Positions 1 to 9,623 of a DNA stretch of 60,450 nucleotides are shown here, in pieces. Within the stretch, counting starts at the first letter, position 1; every line of letters begins with the position of its first letter. The DNA comes from a virus (lineage: Duplodnaviria > Caudoviricetes). The notes under the pieces are model-generated. The model was not told where the DNA came from. It did not search any database and saw only the letters and a list, made by a program, of their open reading frames with translations. The stretch is taken from IMG/VR virus record IMGVR_UViG_3300028377_000012, positions 1 through 60,450 of that record. One strand, written 5' to 3'. A program made the position numbers and the translations under genes.

Positions 1-1590
1 TGACTCTGGCGTATTCAATAGCTTATTTTCAACAACGAAGTTTCTACGTAAACCAGTTCTAGTTTGCGTTACTAATTTTATACCTTGTAATACATCTTCT
101 GAAATCTTTTCGATAAATTCTTTTGGTATTTCATAATCTTTATTATTGAAACGCTTTCCCGAAACATACCAATGTGCTAATTCACTATTTTGTAGTAAAA
201 ATTTATCAATTTGTGCGTTTGACATATTGTTAATGTCGGGTAATGGATATTTAATTTTCAAATCACTTGGGAGATCTTTGTGTATATCACTCAACTCTTT
301 TAACATGACTTTTCTATTATCCGACTTTGATATCGTATCTTTGATGTCAGTTTGTTTTTCATATGGTCTACTAGTTTCGTGGTCATCATAATGAATTTTA
401 TTTTTTGATATGCGTGTTAATACATATGTTTGATCAGAATGTTTGAATTTAAATCTACCCCTTGATTCGGCAAGTTTGACTAATGTCATGTAATATTCAA
501 TCCACTCAAAAAACTGCTCGGTATCATCTAATATACGTGATGAAAGATATCTAAACTCAATTGTGCGACCTTTTCCAGATTTTGATTTCTCACCCTTTTT
601 ACTACTATCTACAACCCCCCCACTCACCTTAGAAATATTTACACCCATGCGTTTTTCAGTTTGGATTTTACGGAAGTCCTCAACGTCTATATCGCTACCC
701 CTTTCATATGTATTTAGAAATATTGCAAGCTGTCTATACATCACATTTTTCAATTCGGTATAACCGCGTGCTCTATCTGGCTCTACTTTATTAATCGTAT
801 CTTCATCAACTAAATCGTATAACACCAAAAGGTCAAAATAATCAAATATTTCAGGTAAGCCAATATGAACATGCGCAGACGTTCCCGCACCCGCTTCGCC
901 AATATTTAAATTATTTAATACTTCCATTGCTATTGGGATGTCTTTTGTTCTTAAAATTGGTGACACAATCTCTATATTTCTTGTCTCATCTTCATGCACT
1001 TCCCATGTGAAGTCATCTGGGTCAATATCATATGATGAAAGAATTTCTTCGATTTGTTCAGAAACATATTCGATATCCCCCTCAATTTGTCCACCTTCAT
1101 TTGGAAAATATTCCTCCCATTTTCCATTAGATAATATTTGTTTAATATATTCTTCTTGGCTGGTCTCTTTAAGATCTTCCAACAAATTATTGTTTTCAGC
1201 TAACGTCTCTTCCAGACTCTCCTTTTGACTATACCAAGTATTATAATCAGTTGTCCAATCATCTTCGTCATAATAATCATCTTCATCTGGCTCAGGATGA
1301 TCACTTTCCCAATCATCAATGTCATCATAATCTAGGTCTTGTTTTTGTTTTTTATATAAACCATTAACATATAATTTATAATCATCATCATTGTCATATT
1401 CTATATTTATATGGTCAAGATGGTCTCTAACTTCGTCCATATCGCGAGTGATAGTGAACTCAATGTCGAAACCAAATGTATATGGTTTAAAAAGTTTATT
1501 ACCGTATTTCTTTTTTAAACCTTTACGTATTTCCCTACGCTTATCAAACGGAACTGCTGATTCGATATAGAATTCTAAAAAGTTTTTCAT
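1..1590 (-). CDS. Putative amidoligase (COOH-NH2 ligase) family protein, runs off the window start
   Basis: Not in the ORF track; manual translation from ATG 1590 gives MKNFLEFYIES..., with motifs TFGFDIEF, IEIVSP, SAHVHIG, TIEFR; frame still open at base 1. Confidence 0.75.
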   Translation of the reverse strand, partial: MKNFLEFYIESAVPFDKRREIRKGLKKKYGNKLFKPYTFGFDIEFTITRDMDEVRDHLDHINIEYDNDDDYKLYVNGLYKKQKQDLDYDDIDDWESDHPEPDEDDYYDEDDWTTDYNTWYSQKESLEETLAENNNLLEDLKETSQEEYIKQILSNGKWEEYFPNEGGQIEGDIEYVSEQIEEILSSYDIDPDDFTWEVHEDETRNIEIVSPILRTKDIPIAMEVLNNLNIGEAGAGTSAHVHIGLPEIFDYFDLLVLYDLVDEDTINKVEPDRARGYTELKNVMYRQLAIFLNTYERGSDIDVEDFRKIQTEKRMGVNISKVSGGVVDSSKKGEKSKSGKGRTIEFRYLSSRILDDTEQFFEWIEYYMTLVKLAESRGRFKFKHSDQTYVLTRISKNKIHYDDHETSRPYEKQTDIKDTISKSDNRKVMLKELSDIHKDLPSDLKIKYPLPDINNMSNAQIDKFLLQNSELAHWYVSGKRFNNKDYEIPKEFIEKISEDVLQGIKLVTQTRTGLRRNFVVENKLLNTPES

Positions 1591-1592
1591 AA

Positions 1593-3377
1593 TTAAACCT
1601 CTTCATCTGTTCCAGCGTCTCCACCAGCATCTCCACCAGCGTCAGGTGCGGCTCCAAAGTCTTCAGGTGGGACACTGCCCCCATCTCCTCCAAATTCGGT
1701 TTCTCCGCCCATTCCACCGCCACCACCACCTAAATCTCCACCCTCCGGATTAAAATCTTCAGCAGCTTGACCTTCAGCGTTTTCAGCCTGTTTTCTCCAA
1801 TCTGGTCCAAATTGACCAATATTTTGAAGTTCCCACTTAAATTCCATATCTTTACGTAGCCATTCTTTATTTGCAAGAATTTCTTCATCTGTCATTCTAA
1901 GATATAATTTTTGACCATATGTTTCGGAAATAAGCTCGTTACTAACCATACCTGCGTAATTATTACTCTCAATTTCAAAAATTTGTTGTTTGCGAAGAGT
2001 ATTGAATGCAGTTGGCTCATTCATATGAATTTTTAAGTCAGTTGGACGAAGTTTATATTCCTCCCACCATCCGCGCAGTTTCAAGTGCGTAATAAATGCG
2101 CGTTTCATAGTTTCGGAGAACTGTCGTTGCAAACGAATAATAAAACGTGCAAATTTTAGCTCTTCGCGAAGCATATCCGTTCCGTCACTATATCCAGTTG
2201 ACTCTGTAAGTCTTGTTACAGGGACACTTAGTGATTTATATAATTTATTAGTAAAGAATGCTAAATCGGGTAAGTCGCCAAGGTTCCCGCCATTATTTTG
2301 CAATCTTGATACATCTGTCCCCTCACTCCCCGCACGTTTTGGAAACCAAAATGCGTCCAACATACTCTGAGGGTTAAACATGTTGACACCACCTTGGTTA
2401 GAATCATACGTTTTCTTTGACCAATACCGTTGTGCTAATTGCTGTAGGTATCGCTCAGCTTGCGGTTGAGACATGTTGCCTACATCGACCTTAAAAACGA
2501 GTTTTTCGGGGGCATTTACAAGTCTATGGATAACAATACTATCCTCGATCATATTTAATTGCTTGTATGCTCTACGTGCCTTTTCGACATGCGGTAATCT
2601 GAATGTTTTTTGCTCATTCCACTCATTAGAATTAAAATACGTAACCTGATTAGTATCAAAAACAATTGGGACAACCTCTTTCACTTGTTTTTGGGCTTCA
2701 TCGTAGATGGGTTTTCTCATCAAGTAACCACGAACAATTAAATTTTGAACATTATTGAAAATTGGGTCAATACTTTCGTTTGGGATACTTACAATCCCCA
2801 AAATACCTTTATCTTCCTTACCATCTGCAATAACATTTTCAAAAAACAGTTCTCCGTCAACCAGAAGATTGCGGCAATACTCCCAACCTTTATTTTCTAG
2901 ATCGAAATGTTGGACAAATTTTGTAAACTCTTCCTTGATTGTTTTTCTTGATGCTTTGTCGAGTCTTTCATCAACTCTAAAATTAATAATTTCTTCTCTA
3001 TCATCAATAACAATAAATTCATCACAGATTTCATCAAGTGCAGTAGATATAAAATCATATCCCGACATTAATCTATATTCGCTCAGTCGTTTACCCTTAT
3101 CTGGTTCGATATTAGCATACATGAACGTATGATAATCACCATTACTACCAAAGTCACCCATTGGGTGGTTAGCGTTGCCAAATGGATTACCCTGAGATAT
3201 ACTATGATTGGATAGTAATTCCTCTCGTCTAGTCCCTTTTGTATGAAAATCTTTATATTTAGGATTGTCCACACTAATCATGTCAACCATATTCCTACTG
3301 GAATATGGAGCCATCGATTGGAGTGTGGACAACATTTCGTTCCGAAACCCGCCTCTTAATGAATCTAATAATGCCAT
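1593..3377 (-). CDS. gp20: Portal vertex protein (T4 gp20-like)
   Basis: IEDSIVIHRLVNAPEKLVFKVDVGNM, FWFPKR, REELKFARFIIRLQ motifs; acidic Gly-rich tail. Confidence 0.95.
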   Translation of the reverse strand: MALLDSLRGGFRNEMLSTLQSMAPYSSRNMVDMISVDNPKYKDFHTKGTRREELLSNHSISQGNPFGNANHPMGDFGSNGDYHTFMYANIEPDKGKRLSEYRLMSGYDFISTALDEICDEFIVIDDREEIINFRVDERLDKASRKTIKEEFTKFVQHFDLENKGWEYCRNLLVDGELFFENVIADGKEDKGILGIVSIPNESIDPIFNNVQNLIVRGYLMRKPIYDEAQKQVKEVVPIVFDTNQVTYFNSNEWNEQKTFRLPHVEKARRAYKQLNMIEDSIVIHRLVNAPEKLVFKVDVGNMSQPQAERYLQQLAQRYWSKKTYDSNQGGVNMFNPQSMLDAFWFPKRAGSEGTDVSRLQNNGGNLGDLPDLAFFTNKLYKSLSVPVTRLTESTGYSDGTDMLREELKFARFIIRLQRQFSETMKRAFITHLKLRGWWEEYKLRPTDLKIHMNEPTAFNTLRKQQIFEIESNNYAGMVSNELISETYGQKLYLRMTDEEILANKEWLRKDMEFKWELQNIGQFGPDWRKQAENAEGQAAEDFNPEGGDLGGGGGGMGGETEFGGDGGSVPPEDFGAAPDAGGDAGGDAGTDEEV

Positions 3378-3383
3378 ATTAAT

Positions 3384-3391
3384 TATTTATG
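3384..3391 (-). promoter_or_regulatory. T4-type late promoter (CATAAATA) of portal
   Basis: Late-box match 6 nt upstream of the portal ATG. Confidence 0.7.
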
Positions 3392-3421
3392 CATATGGCA
3401 TAAATAATCAAATATTACTTA

Positions 3422-3610
3422 TCACTTCTGATCTTTAGGGCGGCGCGAAACTTCCTCACGATGGAACATTGTTCCACATCGTGGGCAAATATATTTTGCC
3501 TCCACTATAATTTCGTTATATGCGTGAACTTCGTTGCAACGAGCGCGAGCCACTGCACCTGGGCAATTGTTACATTTGCGTGTATGATTATAGTTATTGT
3601 AGTTATCCAT
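3422..3610 (-). CDS. Small zinc-ribbon protein
   Basis: CNNC...CPRC cysteine pairs; abuts RNase H gene. Confidence 0.6.
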   Translation of the reverse strand: MDNYNNYNHTRKCNNCPGAVARARCNEVHAYNEIIVEAKYICPRCGTMFHREEVSRRPKDQK

Positions 3611-3611
3611 A

Positions 3612-4517
3612 TTAATTATTTATTGAATTCATTATATTTTGCAACATATCTCCCGCCTTAAACCCACCAAACTTATCACGCCACACACTTTTATTATTGT
3701 AAATACTAAATAACCCAAGTTTTTCTGTAACTTCAAAGAACATACTTAAATTGGGGTCTATATCAACAATTTGGTCTGAATAAAATTCAATTTCATCGGA
3801 ATATTGATCTAATCCCTTTCTCAAGTCCATAATCCACATATTGCGCTTGATAATTGCTTTATTTTCATCTGATAATGCTGATAATCCCTCAGAAACATTT
3901 TCTACGATCTTTCTAGCCTTCACAGGGCCATATCGAAATAATCCACTAATGTTATCAGACTTATCACCAATAATTGCCTTATAGAGTAAGTATTTATCAA
4001 TATCGACGCCATCTGTATGTTCCTTATGATTGCTTTCATTTATTAGTTCTTGTTTAATTGGTGAAAAAATTTTAATTGAGGGATAGTAATTGATTAATTG
4101 TAGAAAATCCTTATCATTTGATACGATTACATTATCATCATTAGGATATTCAGAGCATAACCATGAAATGATGTCATCTGCCTCTAATTTGTTAGCTCGC
4201 ATGTTTCTAATACCTAAATATTCACACATTGCCCAAATAACCTTATCACATCTATGTGAGTCTTCTTCATCAGAACGGTCGCGTGTTGCTTTATATCCAA
4301 CAGCATCCTGCCTAAAGTTAATAAACTCAGTATCGCGAATATCCCATGCTATAAATATGTTATCAGCCTCAAATCGTTCTTGTAAAGATAGCAGATTCTT
4401 CATATAACATAGTATATGTCCAACTTCTTTACCGACAGAGTTTGTAAATGGTTTGTTTTGTGGTGAGTAATATGACCGCATTAGTAAATTACCGCCATCT
4501 ATAAATAAATTTTTCAT
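3612..4517 (-). CDS. rnh: RNase H / 5'-3' flap exonuclease
   Basis: FIDGGN, YKATR, LEADD, SNDKDFLQL, GDKSDNISG motifs; start moved to MKNLF. Confidence 0.9.
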   Translation of the reverse strand: MKNLFIDGGNLLMRSYYSPQNKPFTNSVGKEVGHILCYMKNLLSLQERFEADNIFIAWDIRDTEFINFRQDAVGYKATRDRSDEEDSHRCDKVIWAMCEYLGIRNMRANKLEADDIISWLCSEYPNDDNVIVSNDKDFLQLINYYPSIKIFSPIKQELINESNHKEHTDGVDIDKYLLYKAIIGDKSDNISGLFRYGPVKARKIVENVSEGLSALSDENKAIIKRNMWIMDLRKGLDQYSDEIEFYSDQIVDIDPNLSMFFEVTEKLGLFSIYNNKSVWRDKFGGFKAGDMLQNIMNSINN

Positions 4518-4518
4518 G

Positions 4519-4725
4519 TTATAAGCTCTTAAATGTTTCAATAGTTATAAGTTCCCTACCGTAATTCTCAACTATAGCTTTATTTTTCATATGCTTTATA
4601 TGTTCATTTAATTCTCCCTCAGAATCGACTCGAAATATATATTCCCCTGTATGATGCGTAAATGGCCATAGTGATGGATTAACTACGGGCCTCCTCCAAT
4701 ATATTCTTAGTAAGTATTTTTTCAT
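4519..4725 (-). CDS. Hypothetical protein
   Basis: 68 aa ORF filling the gap between rmlB and rnh. Confidence 0.55.
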   Translation of the reverse strand: MKKYLLRIYWRRPVVNPSLWPFTHHTGEYIFRVDSEGELNEHIKHMKNKAIVENYGRELITIETFKSL

Positions 4726-5696
4726 AGATAACCCTCGACAACTTCTACTAACCGTTCTGTGAATACGTCATATGCTACATTTTTGTCAAGTTGATTATTA
4801 AGAACCGATTGACGTAATTTCTTCAACTTTGATGTATTAATAGAATATCTAAAGTCATGTCCTTTACGCCCATTTGGAATAAACTCAATCAAATCTTCAG
4901 GTTTATCAAGAATTTCTAAAATCTTCTTAACTAAATCAATATTTGCGATTTCATATCCTTTTCCAACATTATAAATTTGCCCTTTCTTACCATGTTCAGC
5001 AACAAATAATAAATCTTTGATATGATCATCGACATGTGTCCACTCTCTACTCTGCAATCCTTCATCATAAATAGGAATTTTTTCACCAGCTAAAGCATTC
5101 TTGATAACTTTTGGAATTAACTTTTCTTCGAATTGGTTTGTCCCATAATTATTAGAACACCGCGTTGTGACAATATCCATACTATATGTTTCAATATATG
5201 CATTACATAATAACTCTGTTGATGCTTTTGATGCACTATATACTGATGATGGATTATATTTATCAGTCTCTTTTGAAGAACCTTTATTTTTACTTCCGTA
5301 TATTTCGTCGGTCGAAACATTAATAATGCGCTTAACACCCATCTTATGGGCATTTTCAAGCAATTGCATAGTTCCCATCACATTAGATGTAATAAAGCCT
5401 CTAGGGGATGAAATTGAACGATCTACATGGCTCTCTGCGGCAAAATGGAATAGATAATCAAACGGAAGATCAATAATGTCCTGTTTAGCAAGTAGATCAT
5501 GAGAAATATCCCATTTTAGATGAATGATAGTTTGTGTATCAAGGCGAGTTGGTTTAACAAATGTTTTATTTGATCCCACACCCTCTTTATCAAGATTAAT
5601 AAGATTAAAACTATCGAAATTATCAATTAGATAATTAATAAAGTTAGAACCAATAAACCCGTAGCCGCCTGTGACAATAATATTTTTATTTTCCAT
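4722..5696 (-). CDS. rmlB: dTDP-glucose 4,6-dehydratase
   Basis: TGGYGFIGS, HFAAESHVDRS, STDEIYG, YSASK, GHDFRY. Confidence 0.93.
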   Translation of the reverse strand: MENKNIIVTGGYGFIGSNFINYLIDNFDSFNLINLDKEGVGSNKTFVKPTRLDTQTIIHLKWDISHDLLAKQDIIDLPFDYLFHFAAESHVDRSISSPRGFITSNVMGTMQLLENAHKMGVKRIINVSTDEIYGSKNKGSSKETDKYNPSSVYSASKASTELLCNAYIETYSMDIVTTRCSNNYGTNQFEEKLIPKVIKNALAGEKIPIYDEGLQSREWTHVDDHIKDLLFVAEHGKKGQIYNVGKGYEIANIDLVKKILEILDKPEDLIEFIPNGRKGHDFRYSINTSKLKKLRQSVLNNQLDKNVAYDVFTERLVEVVEGYL

Positions 5697-6480
5697 TAAT
5701 ATAATTTTGAGTTGATATCATTGATTCAACTTGTCCCATATCAGACCAAAATGTATCAAACTTGACCCACATTGTCAAGTTTTCTTTTGCATACATGTCG
5801 TTAATATGGGATATTTCTAGTTCCCCACGTTCAGACGGCTTCAATTCATCTAAATACTGATAAACATCTGGTGTATAAACATACATGCCAGTTACGGCCA
5901 AATCTGATACATATTTTTTCGGCTTTTCGACGATCTGTTCTATGTTTATATATCCACGTTTATCTACATTTTTAGATAACTGAGCTACTCCAAATTCTGA
6001 CCATTTATCAGTTTTATATAAAAATAGACCACACTTAAACTCATTGGATTTTTTAAACTCATCCAACCAAATTTTGAAATAATCATCCCACTCAAAATAA
6101 TTATCCCCTAAAATAACCACAAAATTATGTTCACCAGTAAAATCTTGTGCTAATTTAAGTGCAGATGCTATACCAGCGGGTCTATTGGGGTCGTTCATCT
6201 CTTGAATCTTATATGTGAACTCCACGCCCCTATCAAACCCATCACCAAGATGCTCTACAATTTGCCCACAATGTTTTTGTGAGGTAATTATCAGAATCTT
6301 GGTAATACCCATCTCTATAAGGGTAGACACTGGATAATCAATCATTGGCGTTGCGCCATGTCCTGAATATACAGGAGCAAGATGTTTATTTCCAACTGTT
6401 GTTGTGTAATTTTTTAACCTTGAGCCGTGCCCACCAGCTAATATTACCCCATATGTAGTTTTATTTTTCATTATGTTCAA
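5686..6480 (-). CDS. rmlA: Glucose-1-phosphate thymidylyltransferase
   Basis: LAGGHGSRL, VILGDN, VEKP, SERGELEI, WSDMG. Confidence 0.92.
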   Translation of the reverse strand: MNIMKNKTTYGVILAGGHGSRLKNYTTTVGNKHLAPVYSGHGATPMIDYPVSTLIEMGITKILIITSQKHCGQIVEHLGDGFDRGVEFTYKIQEMNDPNRPAGIASALKLAQDFTGEHNFVVILGDNYFEWDDYFKIWLDEFKKSNEFKCGLFLYKTDKWSEFGVAQLSKNVDKRGYINIEQIVEKPKKYVSDLAVTGMYVYTPDVYQYLDELKPSERGELEISHINDMYAKENLTMWVKFDTFWSDMGQVESMISTQNYINGK

Positions 6481-7345
6481 AATGTTCCTCTAATGCTATT
6501 TTAACAGCGGTTCGCGCATCGAAAAAACTACAATATTGTGATGCTTTATTGTTATCTAAGACACAATTACTTCTACGACACTTCATTATCCCCATAGATA
6601 GTAATTCATCGCCCGTATACCATTTTTTAGGGTATTTAACCATTGTAAAATTTTTAGCAATGGCATAAATCTCTTCACAATTGATCCCATATGTGTTTAC
6701 AATATTATAAATACCATATGGAATATCTTTTCGATCAATTATTTCTTCTATAAACAATACAAGGTCAGGAATATAGGTTACTGAATTTTTATAATTGACT
6801 AACTTATCATATTTCAGAATTTTACCTAAATAGTCCTTATCATCATCAAGATCACAAAATGGCATTCTAATTCTTAGAATGTAATTTTTCTTGCTATATT
6901 CGCTATTTGCGAACCACGAATCAAATTTAGACTTAGTCTTAGAGTATGTAGATGTAGTTGGATTAGTATCTCCAAATGTGTGTGGGTCATCCTCAGTAAA
7001 TGATCGTTCACCAGTCTCATCATTATAAATACAACCAGACGAAACTGTAATTACTGGGATGTTATGATGTTTTGAATTTTCGTGAATTGATATTTGGTCA
7101 TAGTAGTTTCTATTGTAACATTCCATCACATTATCCTCACATGCGTCAACATTTGGCTTACCAGTGTATCCATATGTATTGATAATGTATGATGGCTTGT
7201 ATTTATTTACCATATTATCAAACTGGAACGGACTCAAATAATCGTATTCAGATCGGGAAACCTGAATAATATTTACATCTGGCAACTCCCAAAACTTCTG
7301 AATTTTTCCCGATATATACCCTCTTCCTAATATAACTATATCCAT
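6461..7345 (-). CDS. dTDP-4-dehydrorhamnose reductase, NRS/ER-like (possible 3,5-epimerase/4-reductase)
   Basis: LGRGYI, GYTGKPNVDACE, SSGCIY, YSKTK, LRIRMP, RSNCVLD; adjacent to rmlA/rmlB. Confidence 0.8.
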   Translation of the reverse strand: MDIVILGRGYISGKIQKFWELPDVNIIQVSRSEYDYLSPFQFDNMVNKYKPSYIINTYGYTGKPNVDACEDNVMECYNRNYYDQISIHENSKHHNIPVITVSSGCIYNDETGERSFTEDDPHTFGDTNPTTSTYSKTKSKFDSWFANSEYSKKNYILRIRMPFCDLDDDKDYLGKILKYDKLVNYKNSVTYIPDLVLFIEEIIDRKDIPYGIYNIVNTYGINCEEIYAIAKNFTMVKYPKKWYTGDELLSMGIMKCRRSNCVLDNNKASQYCSFFDARTAVKIALEEHFEHNEK

Positions 7346-7351
7346 GTTGAT

Positions 7352-7380
7352 ATGTTATCATGAAATATTAGAAAAAGCAA
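7352..7380 (-). promoter_or_regulatory. Sigma70-type promoter of the rhamnose operon
   Basis: TTGCTT-N17-TAACAT with extended TG, 6 nt before ATG 7345. Confidence 0.6.
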
Positions 7381-7408
7381 GCGAAAAAATGGAAAATATA
7401 CTACCGCT

Positions 7409-7732
7409 CTACCAAGAGTGAATCTTGTTCGGTTCACAGGTTGGTTCCCCATCAGATGTCCACCCAATTGGTGAATTTTCTGTGATGCCGCATGATCCGT
7501 TTTCAATCGCAGCTTTCATTACGTTATCAAGTAGTGATGAAATAGCTGTCGCGCCTGTCTCATCGTCCCTCTCAAGCTCATAAATGACATTAGAAATCCA
7601 CTCGCTTTGATCATCAAAGTGCATGTGAGGGAAAATCGGATGTTCGTTATGGCCATTCACTCTATCAATGCCAATACTGATTACTAATTGACCATCAATT
7701 ACAGTTACTGATAAAGGTGAATCGATTTTCAT
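7409..7732 (-). CDS. Hypothetical protein
   Basis: 107 aa ORF in co-directional run. Confidence 0.6.
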   Translation of the reverse strand: MKIDSPLSVTVIDGQLVISIGIDRVNGHNEHPIFPHMHFDDQSEWISNVIYELERDDETGATAISSLLDNVMKAAIENGSCGITENSPIGWTSDGEPTCEPNKIHSW

Positions 7733-7737
7733 AATTA

Positions 7738-8052
7738 TTATTCGCCCTCAAAATCACTCACATCGCCATAAGCACCACCAGCGGTATTTTGTGCCATATA
7801 CCTACCAATACACACCGTTAATGCATCCATATCTTTTTGGTTTTTAGCGGTTGATAATGCAATTGCATTACCACTTAGGTCATATCCAAAAATCATAAAT
7901 GGGCCAAGGTATTCTTCGACATGTGCAACTAAATTGCCTGCATTAAGTTCTCTTTTTTCTTGCGCTTCACTTAGTGGGACATTGGCTAATTTTTTAAGAA
8001 GTCTTTCAACACGTTCGGAATTGATTTTATCGTTTGTATTTTCTTCATCCAT
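7738..8052 (-). CDS. Hypothetical protein
   Basis: ORF; start moved to MDEEN to avoid overlap. Confidence 0.65.
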   Translation of the reverse strand: MDEENTNDKINSERVERLLKKLANVPLSEAQEKRELNAGNLVAHVEEYLGPFMIFGYDLSGNAIALSTAKNQKDMDALTVCIGRYMAQNTAGGAYGDVSDFEGE

Positions 8053-8056
8053 ATAA

Positions 8057-8374
8057 TTATTTATTTTCCTCTGCATATTTCTTCACGATACCATAATTAT
8101 TTAAGTGCTTCACGATAATTTCAAAGGAATCAGTTTTGATGCGAAGTCTGAATGGGATAAATTGCCCACCATCATGTAATTCAAAATACACATCACCTTC
8201 ATCTTCTAAATTCTCATAGCATGTTATCCACACTGCGGCATTAGATGGATCAATAAGAATTGTAAACTTTCTTGGGTCTGCATCAGAGTATCGATCAAAC
8301 ATCATCCATGTCTCATATCCAGAATCCTTTAGTCTTTTAATAAAATAACCTAATGTTTTTATATTATTTTTCAT
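8057..8374 (-). CDS. Hypothetical protein
   Basis: 105 aa ORF coupled to the upstream stop. Confidence 0.7.
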   Translation of the reverse strand: MKNNIKTLGYFIKRLKDSGYETWMMFDRYSDADPRKFTILIDPSNAAVWITCYENLEDEGDVYFELHDGGQFIPFRLRIKTDSFEIIVKHLNNYGIVKKYAEENK

Positions 8375-9105
8375 TAGTTTTTAATTTCAGAGATAACATA
8401 CGAAATTAACGTATCATCTATAATACTTTGGATCAAAAACCCACCACGATTTGTGTATTTGAATTTAAATGGGGTATTTTTATGATATGATAAACACTTA
8501 ATGATATCGAATGATACTGGACACCCTGTTGCATTAGGATTGCCAACAAAACTATCAGCAATCTTATATCCAGTCGTGTCCATATTTGTAATCGCATAAT
8601 CTGTTACATCTGCATATACACCATCTTCAACAAATTTGAAATACACCTTATCAGCTTCTTTATTTGCAGCCTTAATACGAATGATTTCTCTAATGCTTTC
8701 ATGCGATACAACGAATGAGTTATCTACACTCCAATTTGTAATCAAATCCTTAGAAATCTTCGCCTTGCCAGTAATCGAACTATCTAACAGATGAAATGTA
8801 AACCTATATTTATCAGATTTGTATTTAATTGTATTATTGTTTACTATAAGTTCATCACTATTATCCAAATCGGTCACTGTATCAAGATATATTTTGAATT
8901 TTTTGATATTACCAATACCAATATCCATTTCATCGATATCTGTATCAATGTCTTGGGATATTGATAAAATTATGCCAGTAGATTTAGATGCAGCAACTGT
9001 TGATATCCTTCCATCCTTAATGGTTAAGGTGGCTTTATCGACAACATTTGCAACAGGTATCAAAAAATTATGAATAAATGATTTACTTATCTTTATTTTG
9101 CTCAT
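8374..9105 (-). CDS. Probable sliding clamp (gp45-like)
   Basis: 243 aa, beta-rich pattern, IGIGNIKKF resembles gp45; replication context. Confidence 0.6.
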   Translation of the reverse strand: MSKIKISKSFIHNFLIPVANVVDKATLTIKDGRISTVAASKSTGIILSISQDIDTDIDEMDIGIGNIKKFKIYLDTVTDLDNSDELIVNNNTIKYKSDKYRFTFHLLDSSITGKAKISKDLITNWSVDNSFVVSHESIREIIRIKAANKEADKVYFKFVEDGVYADVTDYAITNMDTTGYKIADSFVGNPNATGCPVSFDIIKCLSYHKNTPFKFKYTNRGGFLIQSIIDDTLISYVISEIKN

Positions 9106-9622
9106 TTAGTTTCTTCTTTATAGCTTTCAGTTCATCACGAATATCTGATAACATATTAAATACATCTTCGGCTTTTACATGACTGTCTAGATCAAACATC
9201 ATCTGATTCTTATCCTCTTGGGGTAATTGTTGATGTGGTTGATTATTTTTATTAGATTTATAATACGGCAAATCCATAGGTTTATTTTGACGATCAATAA
9301 CGTCCATGTTTAAATTATCTTTAATGTCTACACCAGCCGATCTCATTTCTTGATTAATATCAATCAACATATCGCCGTCTATTTTAGATGGTAATATATT
9401 ATCAGAAATATCTGGGTGTTGGTATGGTTGATTAGTAGGTGGCGCAGTGGGATTTCTATTATCCCCACCGCGCCCCACAATTTCCCTTGCCAGATGTTCG
9501 ATTGAGTTATTGCGTAAGCCACTGTCTCTACCACCACTGGTGACAGAACTAGTTAATCTATGCATACCACTAGCAGTGCTTCTAAACATTGCTTCTTCAA
9601 CTGGGTCAAGGCGATCACTCAT
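9083..9622 (-). CDS. Hypothetical protein
   Basis: 179 aa low-complexity ORF with coiled-coil C-terminus. Confidence 0.65.
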   Translation of the reverse strand: MSDRLDPVEEAMFRSTASGMHRLTSSVTSGGRDSGLRNNSIEHLAREIVGRGGDNRNPTAPPTNQPYQHPDISDNILPSKIDGDMLIDINQEMRSAGVDIKDNLNMDVIDRQNKPMDLPYYKSNKNNQPHQQLPQEDKNQMMFDLDSHVKAEDVFNMLSDIRDELKAIKKKLNEQNKDK

Positions 9623-9623
9623 A

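Noticed and set aside
146-1228. Plus-strand ORFs at 146, 563 and 938, and similar short antisense ORFs throughout the track
   Set aside because: Shadows of longer motif-bearing genes on the other strand or frame
4722-7345. Host chromosomal O-antigen locus or chimeric assembly
   Set aside because: Genes overlap into phage RNase H and share the phage promoter layout; no wzx/wzy or other host genes
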